A DNA stretch of 64,000 bases from positions 96,038,001-96,102,000 of the forward strand of contig CM097882.1 of the NCBI GenBank assembly GCA_044892505.1, in the 5' to 3' direction. Below the pieces are notes generated by a model that was not told where the DNA came from, made no database searches, and saw only the letters and a program-made list of their open reading frames with translations. Source of the DNA: Schmidtea nova. Its lineage: Eukaryota. Shown piece by piece: positions 52,267 to 61,690 of the stretch (positions are counted from its first letter, which is position 1; each line of letters opens with the position of its first letter). The position numbers and the translations under genes were made by a program.

Positions 52267-52763
52267 AAGCCGTAAGGATTTTAATTATTTATTATTCATA
52301 ATTAATATTTTTTTTATTTAGAAAAATAATGAATGTAATATACAGAAAATTGGAGGAGCTTTTCCCGAACCTCATGCCGGCTCTCGTGTACACAGCTCCG
52401 GAGATGTTCCCGTACAAGATCATGATATTGATATTTTCATCACTGCAGTATTCGTAAAAAGTGGAATAAATATGTTAAAAATTTGTGTATGAATCTTTTC
52501 TGTTGATAAAAAGATATTTTTGTATCGCCATGTATTATTTATAAACTTTGTTTTATTTATAATATCGATTTAATTTTTAAATTTTTTAAATACATTAATT
52601 TATTTTAAATCCATTAATTTCAGCATGCATCTAATAATAATAATAATAATAATAATTTTTTTACCCCCCCCCCCAAAAAAAAAATTTTTTTGTTTAAATG
52701 AAGTGAATTTTTTAAATTTTTTATTTTGTTTAAATGAAGTGAATTTTTTAATTTTAATTATTT

Positions 52764-53275
52764 NNNNNNNNNNNNNNNNNNNNNNNNNNNNNNNNNNNNN
52801 NNNNNNNNNNNNNNNNNNNNNNNNNNNNNNNNNNNNNNNNNNNNNNNNNNNNNNNNNNNNNNNNNNNNNNNNNNNNNNNNNNNNNNNNNNNNNNNNNNNN
52901 NNNNNNNNNNNNNNNNNNNNNNNNNNNNNNNNNNNNNNNNNNNNNNNNNNNNNNNNNNNNNNNNNNNNNNNNNNNNTTAATTAATTTATATTTAATAATT
53001 TATATTTAATAATTTATATTTAATAATTTATATTTATTTATTTTAATTTATATTTATTTTAATTAATTTATATTTATTTTTAATTTATTTAAATTAATTT
53101 TTATATTTTCGGTTCAGTTTGAATAATAATAATTANNNNNNNNNNNNNNNNNNNNNNNNNNNNNNNNNNNNNNNNNNNNNNNNNNNNNNNNNNNNNNNNN
53201 NNNNNNNNNNNNNNNNNNNNNNNNNNNNNNNNNNNNNNNNNNNNNNNNNNNNNNNNNNNNNNNNNNNNNNNNNNN
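52764..53275. other. Two assembly gaps (about 52764-52976 and 53136-53275) between elements A and B
   Basis: Runs of n. Confidence 1.
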
Positions 53276-53331
53276 AATCACAAAACTTTGAAAAATTATG
53301 AAATAAAGAACAACTAAATCACAAAACTTTA

Positions 53332-53720
53332 TTATAAATTATAAATGTCGTTATAATATGCTTTACGCATTTCTGACATTAAGATATGCACCGAATGATC
53401 TCTTTTAAAATCATGACAGCATGCACATCTGTTTACACAGGATACTCTTAGTGAATCATTGCAAACTATGCAATTTTCAACGCACTTGACTCCAGCTCCT
53501 AGCACCATATCATAGTGAATCTCGAGCAATTGTTCGATATTGATTCCAGTAAACTTGTATATCTTATGAACCAATAACTCTGGTGCACAGTAATCCAAAG
53601 AATCTTTTATTTTTGGATATAATTCTTGAATTTTCTTCAGGACCACTTCAAATAAATAAGATAAATTAAAAATAATAAAAATAATATAGTTAATTAAAAA
53701 TAATACTTACTTTTAGACAT
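53332..53720 (-). CDS. Unknown Cys-rich Maverick protein, spliced (exon 53720-53711, 65-nt intron, exon 53645-53332)
   Basis: ATGTCTAAAA|GTAAGT...TTGAAG|TG gives MSKMVLKKIQEL in frame; CVENCIVC..SCVNRCACCH cluster; homolog of 51377-51790. Confidence 0.7.
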
Positions 53721-53722
53721 TT

Positions 53723-54228
53723 TCAAAAATATGGATTTGTAAAATAACAATTTATTGAAACAAAATTAAATAATAAATCGAGATATTTTTCATCAATTAA
53801 TTCATTATTGATTAATGAATTAATATAATTTTTAATTTCATTAACTTGATTAAAATAATCCAATGTTTTAATTCCTAATATTACAACTATTCCACTTGAA
53901 AAAATATTAATGCAAATTGGGTTATAATTTATTAATCTCAAAGCTGGAAATATTTCGGGTTCGTACCAGCACTCTGTTTTATTTTGCAATTCGTATAAAT
54001 TTATGGATTTACCCATATCCAATGTTATAGTGATCGATTGAATTTTTAAATCAGAAATTTTATATTTCAAATCATCTGGTTTTAACGGTTGCTTACAACC
54101 CATTACACGGCATTTTCCCGATCTGAAAAATAATATAGGGTACTTCCCGCTCCTTGCTGGGGTTTTCCAACAGGAAATATCATGTTTGGAACTAAACACT
54201 TGCCCTTATAATTAATATTACTTATCAT
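53723..54228 (-). pseudogene. TBP-like gene of element B, with one frameshift near codon 26
   Basis: True start MISNINYKGKC (ATG 54228) matches 50646; then PILFFRSGKCRVMG, LKIQSITITLDMG, WYEPEIFPALR, INIFSSGIVVILG. Confidence 0.82.
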
Positions 54229-54246
54229 TTTTATAAATTGAATAAA

Positions 54247-54253
54247 TATAAAC
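54247..54253 (+). promoter_or_regulatory. TATAAAC promoter motif upstream of the ATPase (representative of a recurrent motif)
   Basis: 38 nt before the ATG; the same motif lies 37 nt before the element A ATPase (50584-50590, minus) and before most other morphogenesis genes. Confidence 0.65.
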
Positions 54254-54284
54254 AATATTAAATTAAATAATTAATTAAATAAAA

Positions 54285-54908
54285 ATGGAATTAAGAAATG
54301 ATGCAGTTTATCAAATAGTGGGCTCGAGTGGTAGTGGAAAAACATTATTTGTATGTAAATTGTTGCAATTAAAAATGTTTAATTCAAAATTCAATAAAAT
54401 TTACTGGCATAGAGGAGCTGATGAAGAACATGGACTGACTCAAGATCAATTCTGTAAATTAAAAATGACAATTATAAAAGGGTTTGATAAAAACTGGTCA
54501 TCTAGATTACGTCAAGGCGATGTTATAATTATCGATGATTTGTACCAAGAAGCAAATAAAGAAAAAGATTTTAATAATTTATTCACAAAAATTAGTAGAC
54601 ATTTAGGAGTTACTGTAATTTTCATTACTCAAAATTTATTTCATCAAGGTGGTAGTCACAGAACTCGTAATTTAAATGTTCAATACTTGGTTATATTCAA
54701 AAACCCAAGAGATGCTACAATTATTGATTTTCTAGCAAGACAAGCTTACCCTAATGATAGAAAATTCTTAATTAATTCATTTCAAGATGCTACTTAAGTT
54801 CCTCATGGATATTTATTCTTTGATTTTACTCAACAATGTCCTGATGATTTACGCATCCGAACGGATATATTTAACGAAAATGGAGTCACGGTTTATAAAC
54901 AAAATTGA
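54285..54908 (+). pseudogene. A32/FtsK-like packaging ATPase with a premature TAA at 54795-54797
   Basis: GSSGSGKT, IIIDD, SRH, FITQNLF. The frame continues after the stop (VPHGYLFFDF..DDLRIRTDIF), matching element A. Confidence 0.93.
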
Positions 54909-54929
54909 AAATAAATAAAAGAAATAATA

Positions 54930-55091
54930 ATGTCATTTAAAAAAGTAATTGTCAAGTTAAATAAAGAAGCTATTCAAAAAGCTGATCAAAAACTGATTAA
55001 AAAAGTTGATCAAAAATCTAAATTAGTTAAAAAAGTTACCAAAAAGATTGGTAAAAGAAAGAAACAAGTAAAGAAGTGGATAAAATTATAA
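54930..55091 (+). CDS. 53-aa Lys-rich small ORF, candidate DNA-condensing core protein (not in the ORF track)
   Basis: MSFKKVIVKL...GKRKKQVKKWIKL; 20 Lys; TATAAAC 36 nt upstream; positional equivalent of the basic tract at 49.8-49.9 kb. Confidence 0.6.
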   Translation: MSFKKVIVKLNKEAIQKADQKLIKKVDQKSKLVKKVTKKIGKRKKQVKKWIKL

Positions 55092-55121
55092 ACGAAATAA
55101 ATATACACAAAAATTTTAATC

Positions 55122-55451
55122 ATGAAATTTGAACGTAGTTTACCGTATTTTAATGCTTTGGTTAAAGCTCCAACAAATAAGCGAATGACAATTTTACAAG
55201 CTTTCCCACCCTTTGTTATTGATGATTTACTTGAAATCGTTTTTAATATTGTTCATGGTAATGTAAATATTAGTAGATCAAAGAAAATTGAACTACAAAA
55301 ACATAAAAATTCACTTTTGTCATTAGTGAATACCAAAAATAGAAATCTTATACGAAAAATAATATATAAACAAAAGGGTGGGTTTCTCGGTACATTAATT
55401 CCAATAGTATTATCAGCAATAAGCGCAATCTCATCTTTAAGAAATGGGTAA
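55122..55451 (+). CDS. Conserved small Maverick protein ending in QKGG-FLGTLIPIVL (candidate protease-matured, membrane-active virion protein)
   Basis: Intact ORF with an ortholog in element A; the GG followed by an amphipathic helix pattern is common in Polinton small proteins. Confidence 0.8.
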   Translation: MKFERSLPYFNALVKAPTNKRMTILQAFPPFVIDDLLEIVFNIVHGNVNISRSKKIELQKHKNSLLSLVNTKNRNLIRKIIYKQKGGFLGTLIPIVLSAISAISSLRNG

Positions 55452-55513
55452 TAAAATTTCTGAACCTAATAAACATAATATAGATTTAAATATTTTAACA
55501 AATTGTTGTATTA

Positions 55514-56601
55514 ATGAAGAAAATCATGAAGAATATAAAAACGATATGGACAAACCCAAAAGATCCCGATGGTTTTGGTTCAGTCAAAAAATTGGCAAAA
55601 AGAATAAAAAGTTCAAAGAATGAAACTCAGAAATGGTTATCTGATCAATTGGCATATAGTTTAAATAAAGCAATGTTGAAAAGATTTCCTACACGGAAAT
55701 ATAAAACTTTTGGGGGTAACGATTTATGGCAAATGGATTTGATGGAAATGATTCCTTATTCTAAAATTAACAAGGGTTACAAATATATTTTGACTTGTAT
55801 TGATGTTTTTAGCCGTTATGCACGAGCTATTCCAACAAAAACTAAATCTGCTAATGAAATGGCTGAGGCTATTGAATCTTTATTTAAAGATGGGAAGCCA
55901 CGTAATTTACAAACTGATTTGGGTAAGAAATTAAATTAAATTTTTTTAATTATTTAATTTTAATTTAGGAAGAGTTTTATAACAGCAAAGTAAAAGAAGT
56001 GATCAAAGGAATCAATCATTATTCTGTATTTTCTCAATTCAAAGCTGCTCATGTTGAAAGATTTAATCGAACTTTAAGAGATCGTTTGAAAAAGTATTTT
56101 GTGTATCAAGGTAACAAAACATGGATAAATGTTTTACCGAAAATTATTTCCAGTTACAATCGTTCACCGCATTCGGGATTAAATAAAATGAAACCTATCG
56201 ATGTATATTCAAATAATAATTTTGATGGATGGATAAAAGATAGATTAAAATCAATTAATAAAAAACCGAAATATAAAGTAGGCGATTATATGAGAATGAG
56301 TAAAATCAGTGCTTCTCCCTTCATCAAAAATTTTGATAGTAATTGGAGTGATGAAGTATATCAAATCTCAAATGTTGATACTAATCAAAATCCAGTCATG
56401 TATACTATTTCCGATCATGAAAACAATGTAATCGAGGGTAAATTCTACGAACAAGAACTTCAAGTTATTCCAGCTCCCACAGTTTTAAGAATTCAAAAGA
56501 TTTTAAAAACCAAAACTGATGGGAAATATAAACAATATTACGTTAAATGGCATGGCTATGAAACTCCAAGTTGGATATCTGAAAAACAATTGATTAAATA
56601 A
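55514..56601 (+). CDS. Retroviral-like integrase with a C-terminal chromodomain; 46-nt intron at 55923-55968 and an apparent 2-nt deletion just after it
   Basis: WQMDL, QTDLG, HVERFNRTL; chromodomain QYYVKWHGYETPSW. The intron matches element A in position and length. Confidence 0.92.
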
Positions 56602-56606
56602 ATATT

Positions 56607-57644
56607 ATGAAAGAAAACCAGTTTTATATGATTTTACCTAGCAATGCATGTCCTCTTATTTATCCTAATAATGAAGCTAGTAATTTTAATGTAGAATTTC
56701 AAAATCCGATTTATTTAAATAGTAATGACGATTGGGAAGTTGCTTTGATTGATTTTACTTTTGTGTATAATTTGTTTCCGTATTATAGTAATTCTTTTAT
56801 TCAAATTGAAACTAAAAGAGAAATTCAAGAAATTAGTTATTTGAGAATTAATAATCAAAATAAAACAATTCAAGTTATAGTTTCTCAACCTAGTTCAGAC
56901 ACTGATGTATTTATTGAAAAATATAATTATTTAGTGATTGTTTGCCCACATGTTCTCTTTAAAATTACATTTCCAGATCTTGAACATGCAAAAAGTTTTG
57001 GATTGGATAATATATCAATTACAAGTGAAAATGACCATTGTCGTTTAAAATTACCAAAATTCAGGAATGATAATAGTCTTGAACAATTTGGAATTTTAAT
57101 AAATTATGAAATTAAAACTGTTAATGATTATTATTTTCAAGATGAATTATTCATAACGTCATTACCAGAATTGCAAGGATATTTAATGAAAATTAATCTA
57201 TCTCCATTTAAAGAATTGAAACTTGTCAATAATGAATTGGTTAAAATTATTCTTCAGGATAATATTTCAAAAATTACTTTTGATTCAAATTTAACCAAAT
57301 CTCTGGGTCTACAGAAACAAACATATACTGATACCGAAATAATTGGTGTAAAAATCCCCAAAATTTTACAACTTCATCAGCAAATGTTCATTTACAGCAA
57401 CATTATTGAACCAGTAACTGTTGGAGATGTACGAGTTCCCCTCCTAAAATCAATTTGGATCAAGAAATATGACCAAGGCGAAGTTGTACAAATTGAAATA
57501 AAGAATCCAATGTATTTGCCGATTTCAACATCAACTATAAACAACATTGAAATCTATATTCGTGATGACAGTGGAAAATTAATTAAATTTTCAAAAGATA
57601 CAAAGACTCATTTGACTCTACATTTTCGTAAAATAAATGATTAA
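56607..57644 (+). CDS. Minor capsid (penton-like) protein 1
   Basis: FYMILPSNA..WEVAL N-terminus and NPMYLP..IEIYIRDDSG..TLHFRK C-terminus around a variable insert. Confidence 0.88.
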   Translation: MKENQFYMILPSNACPLIYPNNEASNFNVEFQNPIYLNSNDDWEVALIDFTFVYNLFPYYSNSFIQIETKREIQEISYLRINNQNKTIQVIVSQPSSDTDVFIEKYNYLVIVCPHVLFKITFPDLEHAKSFGLDNISITSENDHCRLKLPKFRNDNSLEQFGILINYEIKTVNDYYFQDELFITSLPELQGYLMKINLSPFKELKLVNNELVKIILQDNISKITFDSNLTKSLGLQKQTYTDTEIIGVKIPKILQLHQQMFIYSNIIEPVTVGDVRVPLLKSIWIKKYDQGEVVQIEIKNPMYLPISTSTINNIEIYIRDDSGKLIKFSKDTKTHLTLHFRKIND

Positions 57645-58659
57645 AAAAGATTTTTATGTTAATTTACCAAGCAATTCTTGCCCATTGACACATCCTAATA
57701 ATAAAGCTGGAAAATTCAATGTTGAATATCAAAACCCAATTTATTTCGATGGTAGTTGGGAAGTTGCTCTTATGGATTTTACTTTTGTGTACAATGAATT
57801 TCCGTTTTATAATAGTTCAAGTATAAAATTTATTAGAAATGAATTACATTCTAGTTATGAATATTTCAATTTTAACCAACAAAAGAAAGAATATGATATA
57901 AGTCACGATTCTAATTATTATTTAATGTATATTGATGGCAATATTTTAAATGTAAATTGTAAATATTTTCCATTTCAAATAATATTTGATAGTGTTGATG
58001 AAGCTAAAAAATTAGGGTTTCAAGAAAAAGCTGTGACATTTAATGATGAATTAAACAAAATTAAAATTCCAGCAAATGAAAATAAAACACTTGATGATAC
58101 TATACGGTTTACTATAACTTATACTTTTCCTGTTGAATACACAGATAATTTCAAAGACGATTTAATAATAAATAATCTTACTGAATTATCTGATCAAATT
58201 GAAACTTTTTATCCACATCCATTTAAAGTGATTGATATTAAAGAAGGAAAATTAATTAAATTAATTCTTGAAGATGATATAACTAGTGTAAAATTTAGTA
58301 GGAATTTAGCAAATTCGTTAGGATTAGTTGAACAAGAATTCTTTGACAAAATTATTGATGGCGTATATTATCCACAAGTTTTAAAACTTCATCAACAAAT
58401 GTTCATCTATACGAATATTATTCAACCAATTCTTGTTGGTGACATGTCAGTTCCCCTATTGAAATGTGTTTGGGTTGAAAAACATAAAAAGGGTGATTTG
58501 GTTCAAATTGTTGAGAAAAATCCAATGTATTTACCGGTCAGTTTCACATATATAAACAATATAGAAATCAATATTCGTGACGACAGTGGAAAAATAGTTA
58601 AATTTGCAAAAGAAGACAAAACTTACTTGACATTACATTTCCGTAAAATAAATGAATAA
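57637..58659 (+). CDS. Minor capsid (penton-like) protein 2, tandem paralog
   Basis: Same terminal motifs (FYVNLPSNS, WEVAL, IEINIRDDSG) with a divergent centre. Confidence 0.88.
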   Translation: MIKKDFYVNLPSNSCPLTHPNNKAGKFNVEYQNPIYFDGSWEVALMDFTFVYNEFPFYNSSSIKFIRNELHSSYEYFNFNQQKKEYDISHDSNYYLMYIDGNILNVNCKYFPFQIIFDSVDEAKKLGFQEKAVTFNDELNKIKIPANENKTLDDTIRFTITYTFPVEYTDNFKDDLIINNLTELSDQIETFYPHPFKVIDIKEGKLIKLILEDDITSVKFSRNLANSLGLVEQEFFDKIIDGVYYPQVLKLHQQMFIYTNIIQPILVGDMSVPLLKCVWVEKHKKGDLVQIVEKNPMYLPVSFTYINNIEINIRDDSGKIVKFAKEDKTYLTLHFRKINE

Positions 58660-59059
58660 TCCAGATATTATCAGTTTCTATAGCAACAGCCAATCAGGTG
58701 GAGAATTACCGTATTTTGTAGGTAAGCAATATGGAACTGGTTGGTTGAAAACGATAGGTAGATTTGCATTACCAATTCTTAGACGTATTGGAAATTTTGG
58801 TATGAAAACTGCCAATGATGTGTTAAATAATAATTCAAAGATTTTACCTGCACTAAAATCCAATGCCATTTCTGAAATTAAAGACTCATTGCCCGATGTG
58901 ATTCATCATTTGCCACAAGTAATTAGTAAAGTGACTGATGTGTTTAACGAAAATAAAACTGAAGATAAACAAAATGGCGGAATTCTTAAACGAAAAAGAA
59001 ATATGAAGAAACATATAAACAAAAGAATGAAAGGATATGGAACAATATTTGAAAAATGA
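58652..59059 (+). CDS. Conserved small Maverick protein (QSGG-ELPYF, amphipathic helix, basic tail)
   Basis: Intact ORF; orthologs in elements A and C; overlaps both neighbouring genes. Confidence 0.85.
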   Translation: MNNPDIISFYSNSQSGGELPYFVGKQYGTGWLKTIGRFALPILRRIGNFGMKTANDVLNNNSKILPALKSNAISEIKDSLPDVIHHLPQVISKVTDVFNENKTEDKQNGGILKRKRNMKKHINKRMKGYGTIFEK

Positions 59060-60282
59060 TTAGTGCAAAATCTGAATTATGTCTTTTTGATAGACCATCT
59101 CTACAAGCAGTAATTGAACATGGTTTATTTGAAGATATTTACCCAACAAATTCAATTACAGATGCTGGGACATCATCTATTCAATTTTACATCAATGGAT
59201 CTCAAACTGAATATTTAGATTTGAACGATACTTTACTATCTCTTCAGGTCAAAGTTGTAAACAAATCGGGTGAAAATTTAGGATTAGATGCTGATGTTAC
59301 TCCCAACAATTTCTTTTTCCAAACTCTTTTTAAAGAAGCCGAATTAATTTTCAATTCTACTAAAGTTGAAGGGGGAAATGATACATTTACACACAAAACC
59401 ATGATTGAAACTATTCTCAACTACAATAGTGATACAAAACACACATCCTTATCTCCAATGGGATACAATGAACATGATCTTACTAGAAAAGCATGGATTG
59501 CAAAATCAAAACCATTTTCAATTTGTTCACCGTTACATTTCGATTTCATGGAACAGCCCAAGTATTTATTACCAGGTGTTAGTGTTCAAATTAAATTGAC
59601 GAGATCAAATCCATCCAATAGTTTAACATGTACAAAAATTAAACCTATAATTGAATTATTAGAGGCAAAATTAATGGTTAGAAGAGTTCGAGTAGAACCA
59701 TCAGTTTATGCTGGGCATCAAATTGGACTTGGTACAAGAAATGCAATTTACCCAATAAGAAATAAGGAAGTTGTAGAATTTTCTTTGCCAATGGGTTCTT
59801 CTTCATTTTATAAGGAACAAATCTTTGGAGATAGACGATTACCAAACTTTATTCTTGTAGCATTTCAAGGAAATAAAAGACATAGTGGTTCTTTTACTGA
59901 AACTTATTCTATTTACGATCATTTTAATGTCAAATCATTAACTTTATCGAAAGGAAGTGATTATCGTGAAAAATTTTCTCAAGATTTTGAAAATGATAAT
60001 TGTAGTACTAGTTATATGCAATCTATTGTCCGTAACCTTGGTTACCTGAATAAGAGTATGAATTGTGGTATTTCTTTATCAGATTGGAAAAGCAAATATC
60101 CTTTTTTCACCTTCGTTTTGGCTCCAGATTTTGACCTAAATCAAAGTCAATTACCACAACAAGGTAATCTAAGACTTGATATTAAATTTGGTACACCATT
60201 GACTGAATCAGTTTCTGTAATTGTATATGGAGTTTTTGAAAAGGAATTACAAATTACAGCTAATCGAACAATATTGATTTAA
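59056..60282 (+). CDS. Major capsid protein (double jelly-roll), intact, 408 aa
   Basis: KSELCLFD, TEYLDLNDTLL, QPKYLLPGV, RLPNFILVAF, NLRLDIKF; Polinton MCP-type motifs and gene context. Confidence 0.93.
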   Translation: MISAKSELCLFDRPSLQAVIEHGLFEDIYPTNSITDAGTSSIQFYINGSQTEYLDLNDTLLSLQVKVVNKSGENLGLDADVTPNNFFFQTLFKEAELIFNSTKVEGGNDTFTHKTMIETILNYNSDTKHTSLSPMGYNEHDLTRKAWIAKSKPFSICSPLHFDFMEQPKYLLPGVSVQIKLTRSNPSNSLTCTKIKPIIELLEAKLMVRRVRVEPSVYAGHQIGLGTRNAIYPIRNKEVVEFSLPMGSSSFYKEQIFGDRRLPNFILVAFQGNKRHSGSFTETYSIYDHFNVKSLTLSKGSDYREKFSQDFENDNCSTSYMQSIVRNLGYLNKSMNCGISLSDWKSKYPFFTFVLAPDFDLNQSQLPQQGNLRLDIKFGTPLTESVSVIVYGVFEKELQITANRTILI

Positions 60283-60333
60283 TTGAAAATTATTGGTTTA
60301 ATATAAACTAATTTTAATTAATTAATAAAGTAA

Positions 60334-60712
60334 ATGAAGTAAGATTTATTTTAAATAATTAAATTTTATTGATTTTAGTTCAATTCAGGTAGATCAGATT
60401 GCTAGAAAATTAATTGGATCGGAATTTCTAGGAGTTTTTCCTCTAGATAAAATACCGTATATAGATGTGAATAAAGCATTGATTGTCAATACTCAATCAT
60501 CAAACCTCAAAGGTGAACATTGGCTTGCAATTTATAATAAACCCGATAAAATATACGTGTTTGATCCAATGGGATTTTATTATCCACCGATATTGTTGAA
60601 AAAATTATCGTCAATGTTAAAACCAATAGAATATAACAGAATTCGATATCAAAATCCAATGACAAAAACCTGTGGGCAACATTGTTTAGCTTGGCTAAAA
60701 TATATGAAATAA
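60334..60712 (+). CDS. Adenain-like cysteine protease, spliced (ATG AA micro-exon; 40-nt intron at 60339-60378)
   Basis: The spliced start reads MNSIQVDQIARKLIG..GVFPLD; KGEHW, VFDPMG and CGQHC catalytic motifs. Confidence 0.93.
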
Positions 60713-60829
60713 AATTTTTATTATAAAACGACTTTTATTATAAAACGACTTTTTCTATTTTTGATATTCACTAATACAAAAGTGAATTTTTATGTTTGAA
60801 TTTGTTAAATTATAGTTGAAAATAATTTT

Positions 60830-61035
60830 AATATTGTAAAATATTTAATTAATTTTAAATTACATATTGTAAAATATTTAATTTTAAATTACATATTGTA
60901 AAATATTTAATTAATTTTAAATTACATATTGTAAAATATTTAATTTTAAATTACATATTGTAAAATATTTAATTAATTTTAAATTACATATTGTAAAATA
61001 TTTAATTTTAAATTAAATATTGTAAAATATTTAAA
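60830..61035. repeat. AT-rich tandem repeat, 29-33 bp unit, about 7 copies
   Basis: Repeated AATTTTAAATTACATATTGTAAAATATTT(AATT). Confidence 0.9.
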
Positions 61036-61162
61036 TTAAATTATATTTAAAATAATTTCGTTTAAATAAACGACATTTTTAACAACAAGCCAACTTAAGT
61101 AAGTAAGTTTAATTTTTTATGAATATTTTTTAATTTATTTTTTTTTTACAGATTTTTAAATA

Positions 61163-61367
61163 ATGACAACAAAGAAAATTATACCAAACAATATTATGTC
61201 AAAGAAAATTATGCCAAACAATATTATGTCAAAGAAAATTATGCCAAACAATGTTATGCCAATGAAAATTATGCCAAACAATGTTATGCCAATGAAAATT
61301 ATGCCAAACAATGTTATGCCAATGAAATTTTCAAAGAAAATTATACCATCGATACTTCATGTTAAAT
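61163..61367 (+). CDS. Predicted first coding exon of element B pPolB, with 30-bp repeats (KIMPNNVMPM)
   Basis: Follows a 53-nt GT..AG 5'UTR intron (61099-61151); ends at a phase-1 T|GTAAGT donor (61368), in phase with the acceptor at 62420-62421. Confidence 0.6.
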
Positions 61368-61690
61368 GTAAGTATTTATATATTGACGAAATTAAATGTT
61401 TATTTTTTATAATTGATAGATTTTTATATAATATGAATTTAATTAATGTTAGATTTTTATATAATATGAATTTAATTAATGATAGATTTTTATATAATAT
61501 GAATTTAATTAATATTCGATAGATTTTTATATGAATTTAATTAATAATTGATAGATTTTTATATGGATTTAAATAATTTTTTATAATAAATATATTTTAT
61601 AAATGATATATTTTTAAAATATATTTATTGTAAAATAAGAAAAAATCAATTTTAAAAAACAAATAAAGAACAAATAAATTAAACAAGAGT

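Larger units (their letters stand above)
45637..52428 (-). mobile_element. Maverick element A, decayed and internally deleted; no pPolB or termini seen
   Basis: ATPase, integrase, minor and major capsid and protease on minus, TBP-like and a neighbouring gene on plus; mirror order of element B. Confidence 0.93.
51231..52428. repeat. 476-bp tandem duplication, about 2.5 copies
   Basis: The ORFs at 51377 and 51853 are identical except Q/P near the end; a third partial copy starts at 52329. Confidence 0.95.

Noticed and set aside
52655-52680. Poly-C tract as a Maverick terminus of A or B
   Set aside because: No AGTAGT/ACTACT end is visible and the adjacent sequence is gap.
45637-60712. A and B as two arms of one giant palindrome, or an assembly inversion
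   Set aside because: The orthologs differ at many amino acids and in gene content, so they are distinct elements in opposite orientation.
56607-60712. Endogenous adenovirus
   Set aside because: The rve integrase, short capsid protein and gene set are those of Mavericks/Polintons.
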